The notes: generated by a model not told the origin, from the letters alone. A stretch of DNA of 64,000 nucleotides from an uncultured virus (IMG/VR IMGVR_UViG_3300008117_000099) (IMGVR_UViG_3300008117_000099), one strand, 5' to 3'. Numbered from the stretch's first letter, positions 18,099 through 27,989 are shown. Translations and numbers: made by a program.

Positions 18099-18488
18099 TT
18101 ATGCGTACTTTAACCAAACGTCGCCGTTAATACCGTCTCCGCTAGCAGGAGTGCCGGTTGAAACGTGGATATTTCTAACAACAGCAGATGAAGTAGAGGC
18201 TGTAGTAACCGCTCCGTTTGTTTTATTTATGTACTGAGTATGCACATCTGCAACAATTCCCGTCTCAATGTTTGCAAGACGAGCCGCTACTGTATTGAAG
18301 GTAGTTGCGGTAGAGATAAACGTTCCAGTTGGGCTTGGAGCTGTTGATAAAGATGGGGTAACGCCCAAAATAGACTGAATAGCCACAATCTCTTCTTGGA
18401 TAGTGTTTGGATGAGAAGCATAAATAACGTCGGTGACGTCTACCTTAGTGCTAAAGGATTTTATACTTGCTGGATAGGATGCTGGCAT
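18099..18488 (-). CDS. Short tail-fibre / adaptor protein
   Basis: ASHPNTIQEEIVAIQ; C-terminal IHVSTGTP...GDVWLKY typical of fibre ends. Confidence 0.6.
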   Translation of the reverse strand: MPASYPASIKSFSTKVDVTDVIYASHPNTIQEEIVAIQSILGVTPSLSTAPSPTGTFISTATTFNTVAARLANIETGIVADVHTQYINKTNGAVTTASTSSAVVRNIHVSTGTPASGDGINGDVWLKYA

Positions 18489-18497
18489 TGTCTCTCC

Positions 18498-20435
18498 TTA
18501 GGATGTGATTCCGCCAGAGGCATTAACAGTAATGACTCCAGCTTCTGGTAACTCGTCAACATCGCATACGATGTCTTCTACTTTCAACACTTGTACGTAA
18601 GGGGTAGCCCATACGTTTCCTGTAGCGGAAGCTGATGTAACGTTAGAATCCACTTTTACATATGTAAACGTTGTAGTTGTAGGTACGGAGTAAACGCGGT
18701 ATTTACCATTAAAAGTGGCGTCTACGCTCTCTACTGTTACTACGTCTCCAACTTCTAAAGTATGTGCAACGCTGGTTGTAATTGTTGCAAGGTTAGAAGT
18801 TAAAGCTTTGTTTGTAACTGTATAGCTTGCCGTTATAGCCGTTGAAGAGACGTTAGTTGCTACTTTTACATAGCTAAAGGTAGTTGTGCTAGGAACAGCA
18901 GTGACCACATATGTGCCGTTAAATGTGGCGTCTACACCATTGATAGTTACTGTTTGACCTACAGTTAGGTCATGAGTGGTATTGGTTGTAAGAGTAGCTA
19001 CATCGCTTGTTAAAGCTTTGTTTTTAAGATTAAACAGTTGATTGCTGTTGCTTCTACGCAAAACTTTCATTTCAGTAAAGTCTACGCCGTTGATAGAACC
19101 GATTGTTTTAAGTACGTATTGAAGGCTAATTCGGTCTCCAAACAGCACACTGTCAATAAACAAAATATCGCCTAGAGCATCAAGTACCGCTTGCTGCACT
19201 GTGTACTGGCGGTATTGTGGAAGGACGGTAACATCGCAAATAATGTCCACGCCTACATAATCTGGTGGAGCAATGCTTAGTGTTGTATTAGCTGGAGCTT
19301 TACCTACTAAGTAGTTAGACACTCGTGTTGCCGCATTAGTAAAGTCAGTTGTTGGAGTTACGCCGTCAATTTGTACTCCACGGTCGTTAAAGCCACGCAT
19401 GTAAATAACAACGCTTGAATAGTTTTCGGCGGTTGCAGATGCTTTTTGAATACCGCTCACCTGAAGAGCTAAAGAAGCGTAGTCTTCTGGAGACACTGCT
19501 CTGTTTAGCGCTTTAATGCTTGCTGGAGCGTTAATTTTTATAGAGTCAGTGGACTCAGCGTCAGCTCCATAAGCAGCAGCGTCTACGTTAGTTACAGTTA
19601 ATCCAGCAGGGGCTCCCCACAAATTATCTGGGTCAACCTCTTGAATAGTATCGCCAGGAACGTTACCTACTAATCCGCCACCAATTCGATAGGTTGCAGT
19701 AATAGACTTATTGATTGGAGGGATGCGCCCACCAATGTTGTCACCAAATTGAACATAGGTTATATCATCGGCATCTGTAAAAGTAGAGAATGCTGGGGTA
19801 GCTCCTGTAACGTCAATTAGGTATTGAACTTTTGTATAAACAACTCCGTCAATTTCAATTTCAATACTGTCTTCAATAACAGGAGATTGCTCTAAAGGAT
19901 AGGTCTGGTTTGCTATACCTGTGCTCAAACGAACAAACTCATTGGATACAGTTTTTCCTTCAGTGGCAGTTACAGAGTTTGCTCCTGGAGTTGCGCCAAC
20001 TTGGGCTGGAACAACTACTGCATTGTCGAGTTCAAAATAAATAGGTACTTCTTCACCTGTAGCGGTTGTAGAAGTCGCTATTTGAGTCCCTGCCGGAACT
20101 GTTATAGGTGACGCGGTTGAGTTGCTAAAGGTAAGGGTAACTCGAGCAGCGTTTCTAAGAGTTGGTTGGTAGTCAAGAAGAGCGGCCTGGCGCAGGATGC
20201 TAGAACGCTTACTTGCTGTAGAGATAAACGCCTCGTTAGCGGAACGGTCAACGTAGTAAGACATAAGGTCGCCCATGTAGGCAAACATTTGAAGAATGGC
20301 AATACCAAAGTCAGACTCATCTCTGTTTGTCCAGTCAGGAGCAAAGGTAGGGATGAGGTTAATTAAGTCATCTCGGATAGATAGGTAGTCTCGAGAGGTG
20401 TAGTCAATTTGGGGTACGTAATTTAAATCAGCCAC
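18498..20435 (-). CDS. Baseplate J / T4 gp6-like wedge protein
   Basis: IDYTSRDYLSI, PDWT, QFGDNIGGRIP, RAVSPEDY; two NKALTS repeats near the C-terminus. Confidence 0.9.
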   Translation of the reverse strand: MADLNYVPQIDYTSRDYLSIRDDLINLIPTFAPDWTNRDESDFGIAILQMFAYMGDLMSYYVDRSANEAFISTASKRSSILRQAALLDYQPTLRNAARVTLTFSNSTASPITVPAGTQIATSTTATGEEVPIYFELDNAVVVPAQVGATPGANSVTATEGKTVSNEFVRLSTGIANQTYPLEQSPVIEDSIEIEIDGVVYTKVQYLIDVTGATPAFSTFTDADDITYVQFGDNIGGRIPPINKSITATYRIGGGLVGNVPGDTIQEVDPDNLWGAPAGLTVTNVDAAAYGADAESTDSIKINAPASIKALNRAVSPEDYASLALQVSGIQKASATAENYSSVVIYMRGFNDRGVQIDGVTPTTDFTNAATRVSNYLVGKAPANTTLSIAPPDYVGVDIICDVTVLPQYRQYTVQQAVLDALGDILFIDSVLFGDRISLQYVLKTIGSINGVDFTEMKVLRRSNSNQLFNLKNKALTSDVATLTTNTTHDLTVGQTVTINGVDATFNGTYVVTAVPSTTTFSYVKVATNVSSTAITASYTVTNKALTSNLATITTSVAHTLEVGDVVTVESVDATFNGKYRVYSVPTTTTFTYVKVDSNVTSASATGNVWATPYVQVLKVEDIVCDVDELPEAGVITVNASGGITS

Positions 20436-20835
20436 CGGTTACCTCTTCTATTATGTCGCCGTATCTAGTAAACAGGGCTGTTCTCAAGCCAACTGTCTGC
20501 GGATTACCTTCAGGGTCATTATAGTGGATTTCCAGGGTCAAGTCACTGGTGTCAGTGTCCAAATCTGCCTGCAAATCTTTAAACACCAGGTCTGGGAACC
20601 ACTTTGAAAAACCCTCAACAATTGATTGCTTTGCTGCTGTGGCGGCTTCGTACTCGTTTTCAAAAACTGTTGATGGCACAGTAGTTCCATAAGTTGGGAG
20701 CATAAGGCGCTCACCTATTTGAGTAAGGCACATTAATACGATTCGGTCCTTAAGAATCTTAGTGCGGTCAGAGGTTGTGCCTACTGTCCCGGAAGCTGAA
20801 AACTTAAATGGATACGATATGGCTCGTTCTGCCAT
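20428..20835 (-). CDS. gp25-like baseplate protein
   Basis: ISYPF...TQIGERLMLPTYG. Confidence 0.88.
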   Translation of the reverse strand: MAERAISYPFKFSASGTVGTTSDRTKILKDRIVLMCLTQIGERLMLPTYGTTVPSTVFENEYEAATAAKQSIVEGFSKWFPDLVFKDLQADLDTDTSDLTLEIHYNDPEGNPQTVGLRTALFTRYGDIIEEVTGG

Positions 20836-21101
20836 TATAGAACTCCAATCCAGACGGGAAAGTTAGGGTCTCCGCCTATATACATTACCCAAACAGTGTC
20901 GTCTAGTCCCGGTATGTACGCGGCTCTAGCCGTTGGGTTTGCGGTCACTGGTGTGCAGGGAAATGCCCAGTTTGATATGGACTCGCCCGTTACTTGAGGA
21001 ACCTTTACCTTAATTCTTGCTTTGTTATCTGGGTCTGAGACATCCACGCATTTTCCTGGATAGATTCCAAAAAACTTACGGTCATGGTCTTTAAAGAGCA
21101 C
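20835..21101 (-). CDS. gp5/gpV N-terminal OB-fold protein
   Basis: GIYPGKCVDVSDP...RIKVKVP...WAFPC...VWVMYIGGDPNFPVWIG. Confidence 0.88.
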   Translation of the reverse strand: MLFKDHDRKFFGIYPGKCVDVSDPDNKARIKVKVPQVTGESISNWAFPCTPVTANPTARAAYIPGLDDTVWVMYIGGDPNFPVWIGVL

Positions 21102-22419
21102 CTTGTAACCTCAACTTTTCGTACACAACGCCTGGCAACGGGTTTTTGGTAATCGTCGCGTTTAAATCTCTTTTTCCCTTGCTTATCCAATTTGCTTTGT
21201 TAATAGAGTAGTCATCGGTTTGAGACCTGTTTTTTGTAGCATTAATCAAATACTTTGATGAGGGGTTATTACCAACTTTTGCTACGTTTAATATAGTCTC
21301 AGGTTTAGTGCTGCTTCTAATCTCGCTTGGAATAATGGTTCTTAACTCTGGATTCGGAGGAGTTTCTAAAGATACGCCATCGGTCCAAACATTTGCAGAC
21401 CCCAAGGAGTCAATTCCAGCTGTCAGTTTAGTTGTATAGACAGCGTTAGTGATTAGGTGTTCGGTCTCTAAAACAATCCAATAACCAGAGTAGTCAGTGC
21501 TCAAGCCTTCTAAATATATAGGCATGGTTGGCTTTAGCTCCGTATTTCCTAAAACTTCAACTTGAGCTCTATAAGGAAACATGGTCAATAAATCAGCGGC
21601 AGCAGCCTCATAGGAGGCTGAAGAAAAATCAATGGCTGTTGTTCCTGATTGAAACGAGTCAAAGAAGGATTGCTGGTACTTTTTACGCAAGCTTGTCTCT
21701 TGTTTTTGTTTAGTAACGTTAAAGATAGAGCTAGAGTCATTAACTAGGTCAATACCCGTAACAGCTGTAGCCGACTTAGTTCCGTCGTCAAAAGCTAAAG
21801 TTTCTCCTACTAATGGGCTAAAGGAGTATATGGTGCTACCGCTTGGGTCGTTTGCGTCGTTCATATAAAACCGCTTAGCTTCACCCTTATACCTAGTAAA
21901 GTTTTCAGTAAGTGGCTGGAAGTACAGTTCAGTGTTTTCTGCTTTTAAACTATATCCGCACTGACGTGCAAGTCGAACTAATAGTTGCCAGTCGCTTTGC
22001 CCAGATTGAGCAATTTGTGGAAACACTCTAGGGTGTGGCGTAACGTAGTAAGAAAAGTTGTACTTTGAGGCTAATTTAATCGCCAAAGCCGAAGCGGTTA
22101 TATTTCTATAAATTGCTTGGCTAGGCTGTTTAAATACAAAGGACGCACCAATAACTGCCACAGTTACATTGTCTGAGCCTGGGGTTTTGTTTGGCTCTAG
22201 ATGGTGCACATAACCGTAAAAGTCAATTGGGTTTTCTAAGTCTTTTATTAATACGGATACCGGAGTTCCAGGCTTAATTAAATCAAAAGACGCATCCCAC
22301 TCTCTGAAGGTCATAAACATCAAATCGTGCTCATACCGAGCCTGTCTGAGTCTTAATGAGCTTAAACGAAAAGGAGCCCCATCTACTCCTTCAAATTTTA
22401 CTGTTACGTATTTAAGCAC
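21091..22419 (-). CDS. Baseplate hub (gp27 / late control D / VgrG-like)
   Basis: QSGQSDWQLLVRLARQCGY; GNTELKP...SGYWIVLETEH. Confidence 0.82.
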   Translation of the reverse strand: MLKYVTVKFEGVDGAPFRLSSLRLRQARYEHDLMFMTFREWDASFDLIKPGTPVSVLIKDLENPIDFYGYVHHLEPNKTPGSDNVTVAVIGASFVFKQPSQAIYRNITASALAIKLASKYNFSYYVTPHPRVFPQIAQSGQSDWQLLVRLARQCGYSLKAENTELYFQPLTENFTRYKGEAKRFYMNDANDPSGSTIYSFSPLVGETLAFDDGTKSATAVTGIDLVNDSSSIFNVTKQKQETSLRKKYQQSFFDSFQSGTTAIDFSSASYEAAAADLLTMFPYRAQVEVLGNTELKPTMPIYLEGLSTDYSGYWIVLETEHLITNAVYTTKLTAGIDSLGSANVWTDGVSLETPPNPELRTIIPSEIRSSTKPETILNVAKVGNNPSSKYLINATKNRSQTDDYSINKANWISKGKRDLNATITKNPLPGVVYEKLRLQGAL

Positions 22420-22696
22420 GCTTTGGCACCCGCACTACATATCCAGCAGGGATATTTTGAATATCTTCTATTTCCGGGTTTGCTTCAGCAATTAAATACC
22501 AAAGATGAGGCGTTCTGTAGAATTGGTAGGAAACAATATCTAGACGGTCTCCGCCTTTCCAGGTGTAGTCAATCCATGACATTCTGTCCAAATCAGCAAA
22601 CTCATAGGTCACTACTGGAGTTACATCTCCGTTTTCAACAACGGATAGGTAATCAATCTCTGAATCTGCATATCGAGAAGATTTATAAATAGACAT
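22412..22696 (-). CDS. LysM / tail X-like baseplate protein
   Basis: GDRLDIVSYQFY...WYLIAEANPEI...IPAGYVVRVP. Confidence 0.85.
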   Translation of the reverse strand: MSIYKSSRYADSEIDYLSVVENGDVTPVVTYEFADLDRMSWIDYTWKGGDRLDIVSYQFYRTPHLWYLIAEANPEIEDIQNIPAGYVVRVPKRA

Positions 22697-24015
22697 TAAT
22701 TTGCCTCCGAGATACCAACAGATGCAAGCAAGTTTGCTTGGATACTAACGTCAGACCTAATAGGTTTCATATCTTGAGTAAAGGCTAGATGTTGCACAGA
22801 GATAGCCGTAATGTATCCAAGGTAGTTCAAAGGTCCAATTTCAAACTTAACAAGAGTTGCTGATAAGAATCCAATATCTGAAGTCACTCGTCCAAGGGAG
22901 TTCTTCCAACCACCCTTCATGTAGTTAGCATTTGGGCCGTTTACAGTCTGGTACAAAAACTCAATGTCGTGCAAAGTACCCAGCTCATAAAGTTCTTTTA
23001 TTTGTTTTTCCATAATTGCATCAGATGAAAAACCAAGTTTATGACCCTTGTAGAAGTTGTTGTAGCTCAACCAACGCTTAGGGACTAGACCACTAGACTT
23101 CTTCTTAGGGTCTTTTTCTTTATCCCCAAGGTGGGCAAAACAAGCAAAGTCATTTGTTCTATCTAAACGAACTACTAAAGAGATGCTTTCGGTTCCAGGA
23201 AATGCTCCAGCAACAGAAACAAAACGGTCTTGTAAAGATGGGGTTACTTCAGCGTTTAACTGTACTTGAGTTGAAAAAGTTTCAGGGTTCCAGAGGAATT
23301 GGAATCCAATCTCTCTTTCTTTGCCAGTACGTGTGTCTTTACCGCCCTTGCCAGTGCCCGCGTACTGTTCGTTGCTAGCGCTAGCATGCCAAGTAATTCG
23401 ACCTCTACGCATAGGGCTTCTTGGGTTTGCTGCCCCATTAGGGTTGGTTCCAACTACATCAGCTTTTGTAGCGCCCGTGGCTTTATTAGTTTTAGAAAAA
23501 CGTCTGTGGTCCACGGTGGTTGGGTCAAGAGGCAAACTCCAGCTGTGTGGAGATAAGTTAAATAAGAAAGTTCTAGTATCAAGAGGTCCTACAAAGTTTT
23601 GTGTTGGGTTTGATGTAACACCTGCTTCTACCTTTTGAGAAATAGGGGCAAGTTTGGCGGCAGGCCCAGCAATAAGAGGTGAGGTACCGCTTTTTCCTAA
23701 AACAGTAACAGTTTGATTTTGAGTCTGTCTGTTGTCGTACTCCTGTAAAAACATTTTTGTACCGGTAGTGTCAACGGTAGAGGCTCCTGCAGTTTGTCTA
23801 ACTACTGCCTTTCCCTGACCAAGAATTGGGTCGTTAATGGAGTCTTTGCCTTTAACGCTTCCAGCTTGTTGAGTAATAAGGGATGTTCCGTTTGGAAATA
23901 GCAAAGGAAGATAAGGAGGCGGAGTAAAGGTAGAGCTTCCGCCCTTCTTTGCTCCCTTTGTATTCTTGTTAGCAGCAGCGTTTAATGAAGCATTATTGAC
24001 AGCTTTGTTTGCCAT
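22696..24015 (-). CDS. Tail tube initiator (CIS-tube-like) with long N-terminal extension
   Basis: FQFLWNPETF; YLGYITAISVQHLAFTQDMKPIRSDVSI; position after the tape measure. Confidence 0.65.
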   Translation of the reverse strand: MANKAVNNASLNAAANKNTKGAKKGGSSTFTPPPYLPLLFPNGTSLITQQAGSVKGKDSINDPILGQGKAVVRQTAGASTVDTTGTKMFLQEYDNRQTQNQTVTVLGKSGTSPLIAGPAAKLAPISQKVEAGVTSNPTQNFVGPLDTRTFLFNLSPHSWSLPLDPTTVDHRRFSKTNKATGATKADVVGTNPNGAANPRSPMRRGRITWHASASNEQYAGTGKGGKDTRTGKEREIGFQFLWNPETFSTQVQLNAEVTPSLQDRFVSVAGAFPGTESISLVVRLDRTNDFACFAHLGDKEKDPKKKSSGLVPKRWLSYNNFYKGHKLGFSSDAIMEKQIKELYELGTLHDIEFLYQTVNGPNANYMKGGWKNSLGRVTSDIGFLSATLVKFEIGPLNYLGYITAISVQHLAFTQDMKPIRSDVSIQANLLASVGISEAN

Positions 24016-26408
24016 TATGAGCTAACCGCCTTCTTTATTAGTACGTCGTATTCTAAAGTTTTTCTAATTTCCTGGGCCAGCCTACGCTCATCCCAGTTTG
24101 CTTCACTCTTAATATTAATTGTAACGCCGCCGTAATTATTAGCGCTGCGTCCGCTATTAACGCCGGTTGCAGTAACTGCGCCACCTGCAGCACGAGCCCC
24201 AAGGTCTGGCATGAATTGCTTGAACAACTTAAGAATTTCGTTTACAAATCCCTGTAGTTGGTTTCCAATTCCGGCAATGCCTTGAACACCGCTTAAGAAG
24301 TCTCCAACTTTGCCAGCGCCAGCTCCAGCGGCACCGCCAACTGCTCCAGCAACTGTTCCAAAAACTCCAGTCTTATCAGTAGCCTTATTAAACATTCCTT
24401 CAAGCCAGTCACCGGCTGCTCCACCCATGCCGCCGCCGCCTCGTGGGTTGCCATAAGGTCCATCTAGCCCAACTGATTTAGCAGTTGCCCAAGCTGGATG
24501 CCACTTCTTTCCTTGGCTAGAGATTGCATAAGCAACTTTAGCGTTTGTAAGTGGGTCGTATAAATCCCAGTCATAACGAAGACCAAATTTTTTAAGTCTT
24601 TCGTTACCCATATTTTTATATCTTCCAGAATTAAGCATATTAATTTGAAATAATCCGTAGGACATATCTAACTCACCATCAAAGTTAGCGCTGCCAGGCA
24701 TACGTGCAGATTCTTTACCAATAATCTGCATTGCATCATCAATGGCATTAATGGTTACCCCACCTTTGCCTTTCATACCATTTCTAAAACCAGCTGCAAA
24801 CAAAATTTCACGAAGTTTTCCTGGGTCCATTTGAGCCCCACGGTCCCTGTGTTTGTGAAATTGTCCCTGAGCAATGTCTGGGTGGCCATGACTTCCGTCA
24901 GGTCCTTGAGTAGTAACTTTACCTCCGCTGTGTCGTCCACCGCGGAATTGAAGGTTATTTAAATCTAATTCATGATGAGGAACGATATATCCATCTGATT
25001 CTGGTACGAAAAGCTCTGGACCTTTTTCACCAACTACATAGGCGTTACGACCAGCAACATCTCCACCACCTGCAAGGAATGGAATCTTTCCAAGTAGCTG
25101 CCCTAGCTGACCCAGCATGTAGCTTCCGCTTTCATTACCTATGCCAGCAAATGTGTCTAAGAAACCTTTAGTTCCAGATAGCCCTCGTCCAGCAAAAGAG
25201 AACGGGCTCTTTCCAAAGAAAGCGCTGCCCATTAAGTTTGATAGAGCAGTTGATAGTTGGTTAGCTTTTTCAAAACCAAACATCATTGGACCAGACGCCT
25301 TTTCAACCATGGCGGCTGAAGCTGCTTCTCTTGATGCTTTAGACGCAATTGCTTGAGTAGTTGCGCCAATTCTTTGTAGGGAAACTTTGTCTGAGACGCT
25401 TGCTCCCTGAGCTTTAGCGTACAAACCGTCCTCAACAATAGTTCTTAGGTAGGCGTCGTTTCCAAAATATTGGTCGAGCATAGAAGCAAGAGCGTTACCT
25501 GGCTGTAGGGATAGACGCAAGTCATTGACAGTAATCGCGGCTTTGCCTCTAGCTTGACGAGAGATAGTTGACCACAAGTCATCAATAATCTTGTCAATTT
25601 CACGCATATCACCCGTGGCTGCGTCACGTACATTGATACCAAGCATGCGAAGCATGTTGACGTTGCGAGGGGCGTTAAGGCCGGTTAATGCTTGAGCTGC
25701 TCCAGTAAAACCAACACCTGGAGTGATGTTAGAAGCAATAGAAAGGTTTCTTCCAATACGTCCTGCGTTTGCGCCAAGACCACGGCTTCCTTCAAAACCA
25801 CCAAGGATGTCTTCTAAACCAAGACCTGTTCCTGCTCCAGCAGAGCCAAGAAGGAGTTGAGTAAATGCAGCATCTTTATTTGCAAGACTGCCGCCAGCAC
25901 CGCCCAAACCTAAGAACGACATACGCTGCTTAGAGGTGTTCATCTGGAAGGCTTGTTCAACGCTAGGAAGTGCGTTGTAGCCTAAAAGCATTCCTTGCTT
26001 TATAAACTTACCAGCAATGCCGTTAAACACATTGCTAATAAAATCGTTACCAGACTGAGCGCTGGTAGGTCTAATACCTATTGCTTGAACTTGGTCATTA
26101 GTTCCGCCGTAAGCATTACGGGCACTTTGAAATGCAGTGCCACTTGTAAATGGGCTTCCGCCACCACCGCCACCGCCACCAGGCATAGGTGGCTGAGACA
26201 TAACTGAGCCAGAGGCTCCGTTACCTACGTTTCCTGTAGAACCACCAAAGGAAGAATCCATGGCTTTAGCACTGCCAGCCATGTCACGCATGGACTTACT
26301 GACGTTCTTAAAGGACTCTTCAATAGAGTTACCTTTAGCGTCAAATTTATCTATAAACTTTAGAAGGTCGCCCATGACCTTCATGTTGTCTAGACTAAAT
26401 CCTGCCAT
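24015..26408 (-). CDS. Tape measure protein with lytic transglycosylase domain
   Basis: Ala/Gly-rich; VVGEKGPELFVP; KES...SYGLFQINM...LYDPLTNAKVAY. Confidence 0.85.
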   Translation of the reverse strand: MAGFSLDNMKVMGDLLKFIDKFDAKGNSIEESFKNVSKSMRDMAGSAKAMDSSFGGSTGNVGNGASGSVMSQPPMPGGGGGGGGSPFTSGTAFQSARNAYGGTNDQVQAIGIRPTSAQSGNDFISNVFNGIAGKFIKQGMLLGYNALPSVEQAFQMNTSKQRMSFLGLGGAGGSLANKDAAFTQLLLGSAGAGTGLGLEDILGGFEGSRGLGANAGRIGRNLSIASNITPGVGFTGAAQALTGLNAPRNVNMLRMLGINVRDAATGDMREIDKIIDDLWSTISRQARGKAAITVNDLRLSLQPGNALASMLDQYFGNDAYLRTIVEDGLYAKAQGASVSDKVSLQRIGATTQAIASKASREAASAAMVEKASGPMMFGFEKANQLSTALSNLMGSAFFGKSPFSFAGRGLSGTKGFLDTFAGIGNESGSYMLGQLGQLLGKIPFLAGGGDVAGRNAYVVGEKGPELFVPESDGYIVPHHELDLNNLQFRGGRHSGGKVTTQGPDGSHGHPDIAQGQFHKHRDRGAQMDPGKLREILFAAGFRNGMKGKGGVTINAIDDAMQIIGKESARMPGSANFDGELDMSYGLFQINMLNSGRYKNMGNERLKKFGLRYDWDLYDPLTNAKVAYAISSQGKKWHPAWATAKSVGLDGPYGNPRGGGGMGGAAGDWLEGMFNKATDKTGVFGTVAGAVGGAAGAGAGKVGDFLSGVQGIAGIGNQLQGFVNEILKLFKQFMPDLGARAAGGAVTATGVNSGRSANNYGGVTINIKSEANWDERRLAQEIRKTLEYDVLIKKAVSS

Positions 26409-26412
26409 TTTC

Positions 26413-26529
26413 CTACCTACGGTTTAGGGCTCTTGCAAGCCAGTTGTTACGTTCTCTGAAGGACAGCTGACGAATCTCTGTCAGTGTCCAGCCCATAAAT
26501 ATTTTAGAGAGCGCTTCGTATTGGTCCAT
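26413..26529 (-). CDS. Small tail-chaperone second ORF (38 aa; DUF6760/gpT-like)
   Basis: MDQYEALSKIFMGWTLTEIRQLSFRERNNWL; lies between chaperone and tape measure. Confidence 0.75.
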   Translation of the reverse strand: MDQYEALSKIFMGWTLTEIRQLSFRERNNWLARALNRR

Positions 26530-26542
26530 TAACTCGGTGTAG

Positions 26543-27343
26543 TTAAAAACGAAACAAAGCGGCGAGGTTTAGTGGAATAGTCATTGACTCTCCGCATGCC
26601 TCGCAAACCTTACTCACCTCCGAAAGGCGTGGTCCCGGAGTGCGGTCGACAATCTCACGGGTGATTTTTTCTCTATCTACTAGGCCTAGTTTTAGTGCAA
26701 CGTTTGGTTTGGCAGGGTTTCCGTTAATTGAATTAATGCAACTGTTTAGCAGGATGCTGTTTAGCTCTGCACCAGTTGTGTCATCTGGGGCGTCTACTAA
26801 CTTGCGCTGTGTCTTACCGGTAGGCAATGACACGTTAGCCACGTCCCCGTTTTTCAAGGTAATGTCCCAAGTTCTATCGTCAATTGGATTGTCAAGAACT
26901 GTTACTGGAACGTCTTCCTCAAGGTCTACAGTCACATCCTGTCGGGTTGAACACCCTGAGCAAGTAACTGCAAAATCAATTTCATTACCAAAAGTTACTT
27001 TTCGGATACCAAGCAAGATTGACTCGCGGTCTCCGGTTAGCAACTTATCAAAGTCATCTTTTGTAATCTCACGGTCTCCTAGGGATACCGCTCCTCGCAT
27101 CAAGATAGTGTTCAAAGCCTTTGAAGCTGTTGAAGACCGAGCAATTGCTTCCTCGTCTTCACCATTTAGTTCTCGTACTTCTACTGTACGAATAACGTTT
27201 CCTTCAAGGTCTACAAACCCACCAGGCAAAATAACCTCGGGGCTTGGCGGAGTTACGGTATCAATCTCAACCGTAGGCTCCGCCATAGCCGCCTCAGCAA
27301 TCTTAGCGAGCTCTTCTGGTTTTACAATTTGTTGCGTTGTCAC
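26543..27343 (-). CDS. Tail assembly chaperone / T4 gp26-like baseplate hub assembly protein
   Basis: VRELNGEDEE, GDRESILLGIRKVTFG, two CxxC pairs. Confidence 0.78.
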   Translation of the reverse strand: MTTQQIVKPEELAKIAEAAMAEPTVEIDTVTPPSPEVILPGGFVDLEGNVIRTVEVRELNGEDEEAIARSSTASKALNTILMRGAVSLGDREITKDDFDKLLTGDRESILLGIRKVTFGNEIDFAVTCSGCSTRQDVTVDLEEDVPVTVLDNPIDDRTWDITLKNGDVANVSLPTGKTQRKLVDAPDDTTGAELNSILLNSCINSINGNPAKPNVALKLGLVDREKITREIVDRTPGPRLSEVSKVCEACGESMTIPLNLAALFRF

Positions 27344-27366
27344 GATTATTACTCCTTAGTTAATTA

Positions 27367-27975
27367 TTAAAGACCCTTTGGACCTGTTGAAACTGGTGTA
27401 CGAGTTGTGGTAGCTGTAGCACTGTCAACATGGAAGACAGTCAGACCCTCGTGTACCAATGTCATTGTTTCAAAGAGTAGAGCATTTTCACCAGCGTTGA
27501 AATCCTGGTAAGCAAGGTTCTGAATCCAAGCGTTATGGATACGGAAGCCCATCTTTGCAGTTGCGATATCGGCTGGGTTTGAATCTGGGTGGTCCATCAG
27601 ATAGATGGTTACGTTGCAACGAAAGTCTTTTCCACTTATGGATAGGCCGTCTCCAGCTGAAGCAGCAAAGAGACCACGCATCCACTCGATAGCGTTGTCG
27701 CTACCGTAGAGGGCGCCTCGTTGGAATGTAACAGGCTGGAATGAGGTCATTCCAGGGATTTGGTGAGTAGTGGTGTTGTATCCGCCCTCACGGTATGGGA
27801 TGTTTTGAGTGGTAATTGACAACCCAGTAATTGCAGAGAAGCCACCACTAAAACCAGTGATTTTGTTTGTGAAAACAGTTCCACTGTTTGATGATGCGGT
27901 GAACTCAGCCTGGAACCGAAACCCACGAAGTGGGTCAGTGGCTTTAGTAGACCAGCGTTGGATTTTTGTAGCCAT
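27367..27975 (-). CDS. Tail tube protein (T4 gp19-like)
   Basis: DPLRGFRF, YREGG, IPG...VTFQRG, NAW, LVHEG. Confidence 0.92.
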   Translation of the reverse strand: MATKIQRWSTKATDPLRGFRFQAEFTASSNSGTVFTNKITGFSGGFSAITGLSITTQNIPYREGGYNTTTHQIPGMTSFQPVTFQRGALYGSDNAIEWMRGLFAASAGDGLSISGKDFRCNVTIYLMDHPDSNPADIATAKMGFRIHNAWIQNLAYQDFNAGENALLFETMTLVHEGLTVFHVDSATATTTRTPVSTGPKGL

Positions 27976-27989
27976 TGTTATTTATCTCC

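Noticed and set aside
26640..27359. 239-aa plus-strand ORF
   Set aside because: Antisense shadow of the tail chaperone; no motif or SD
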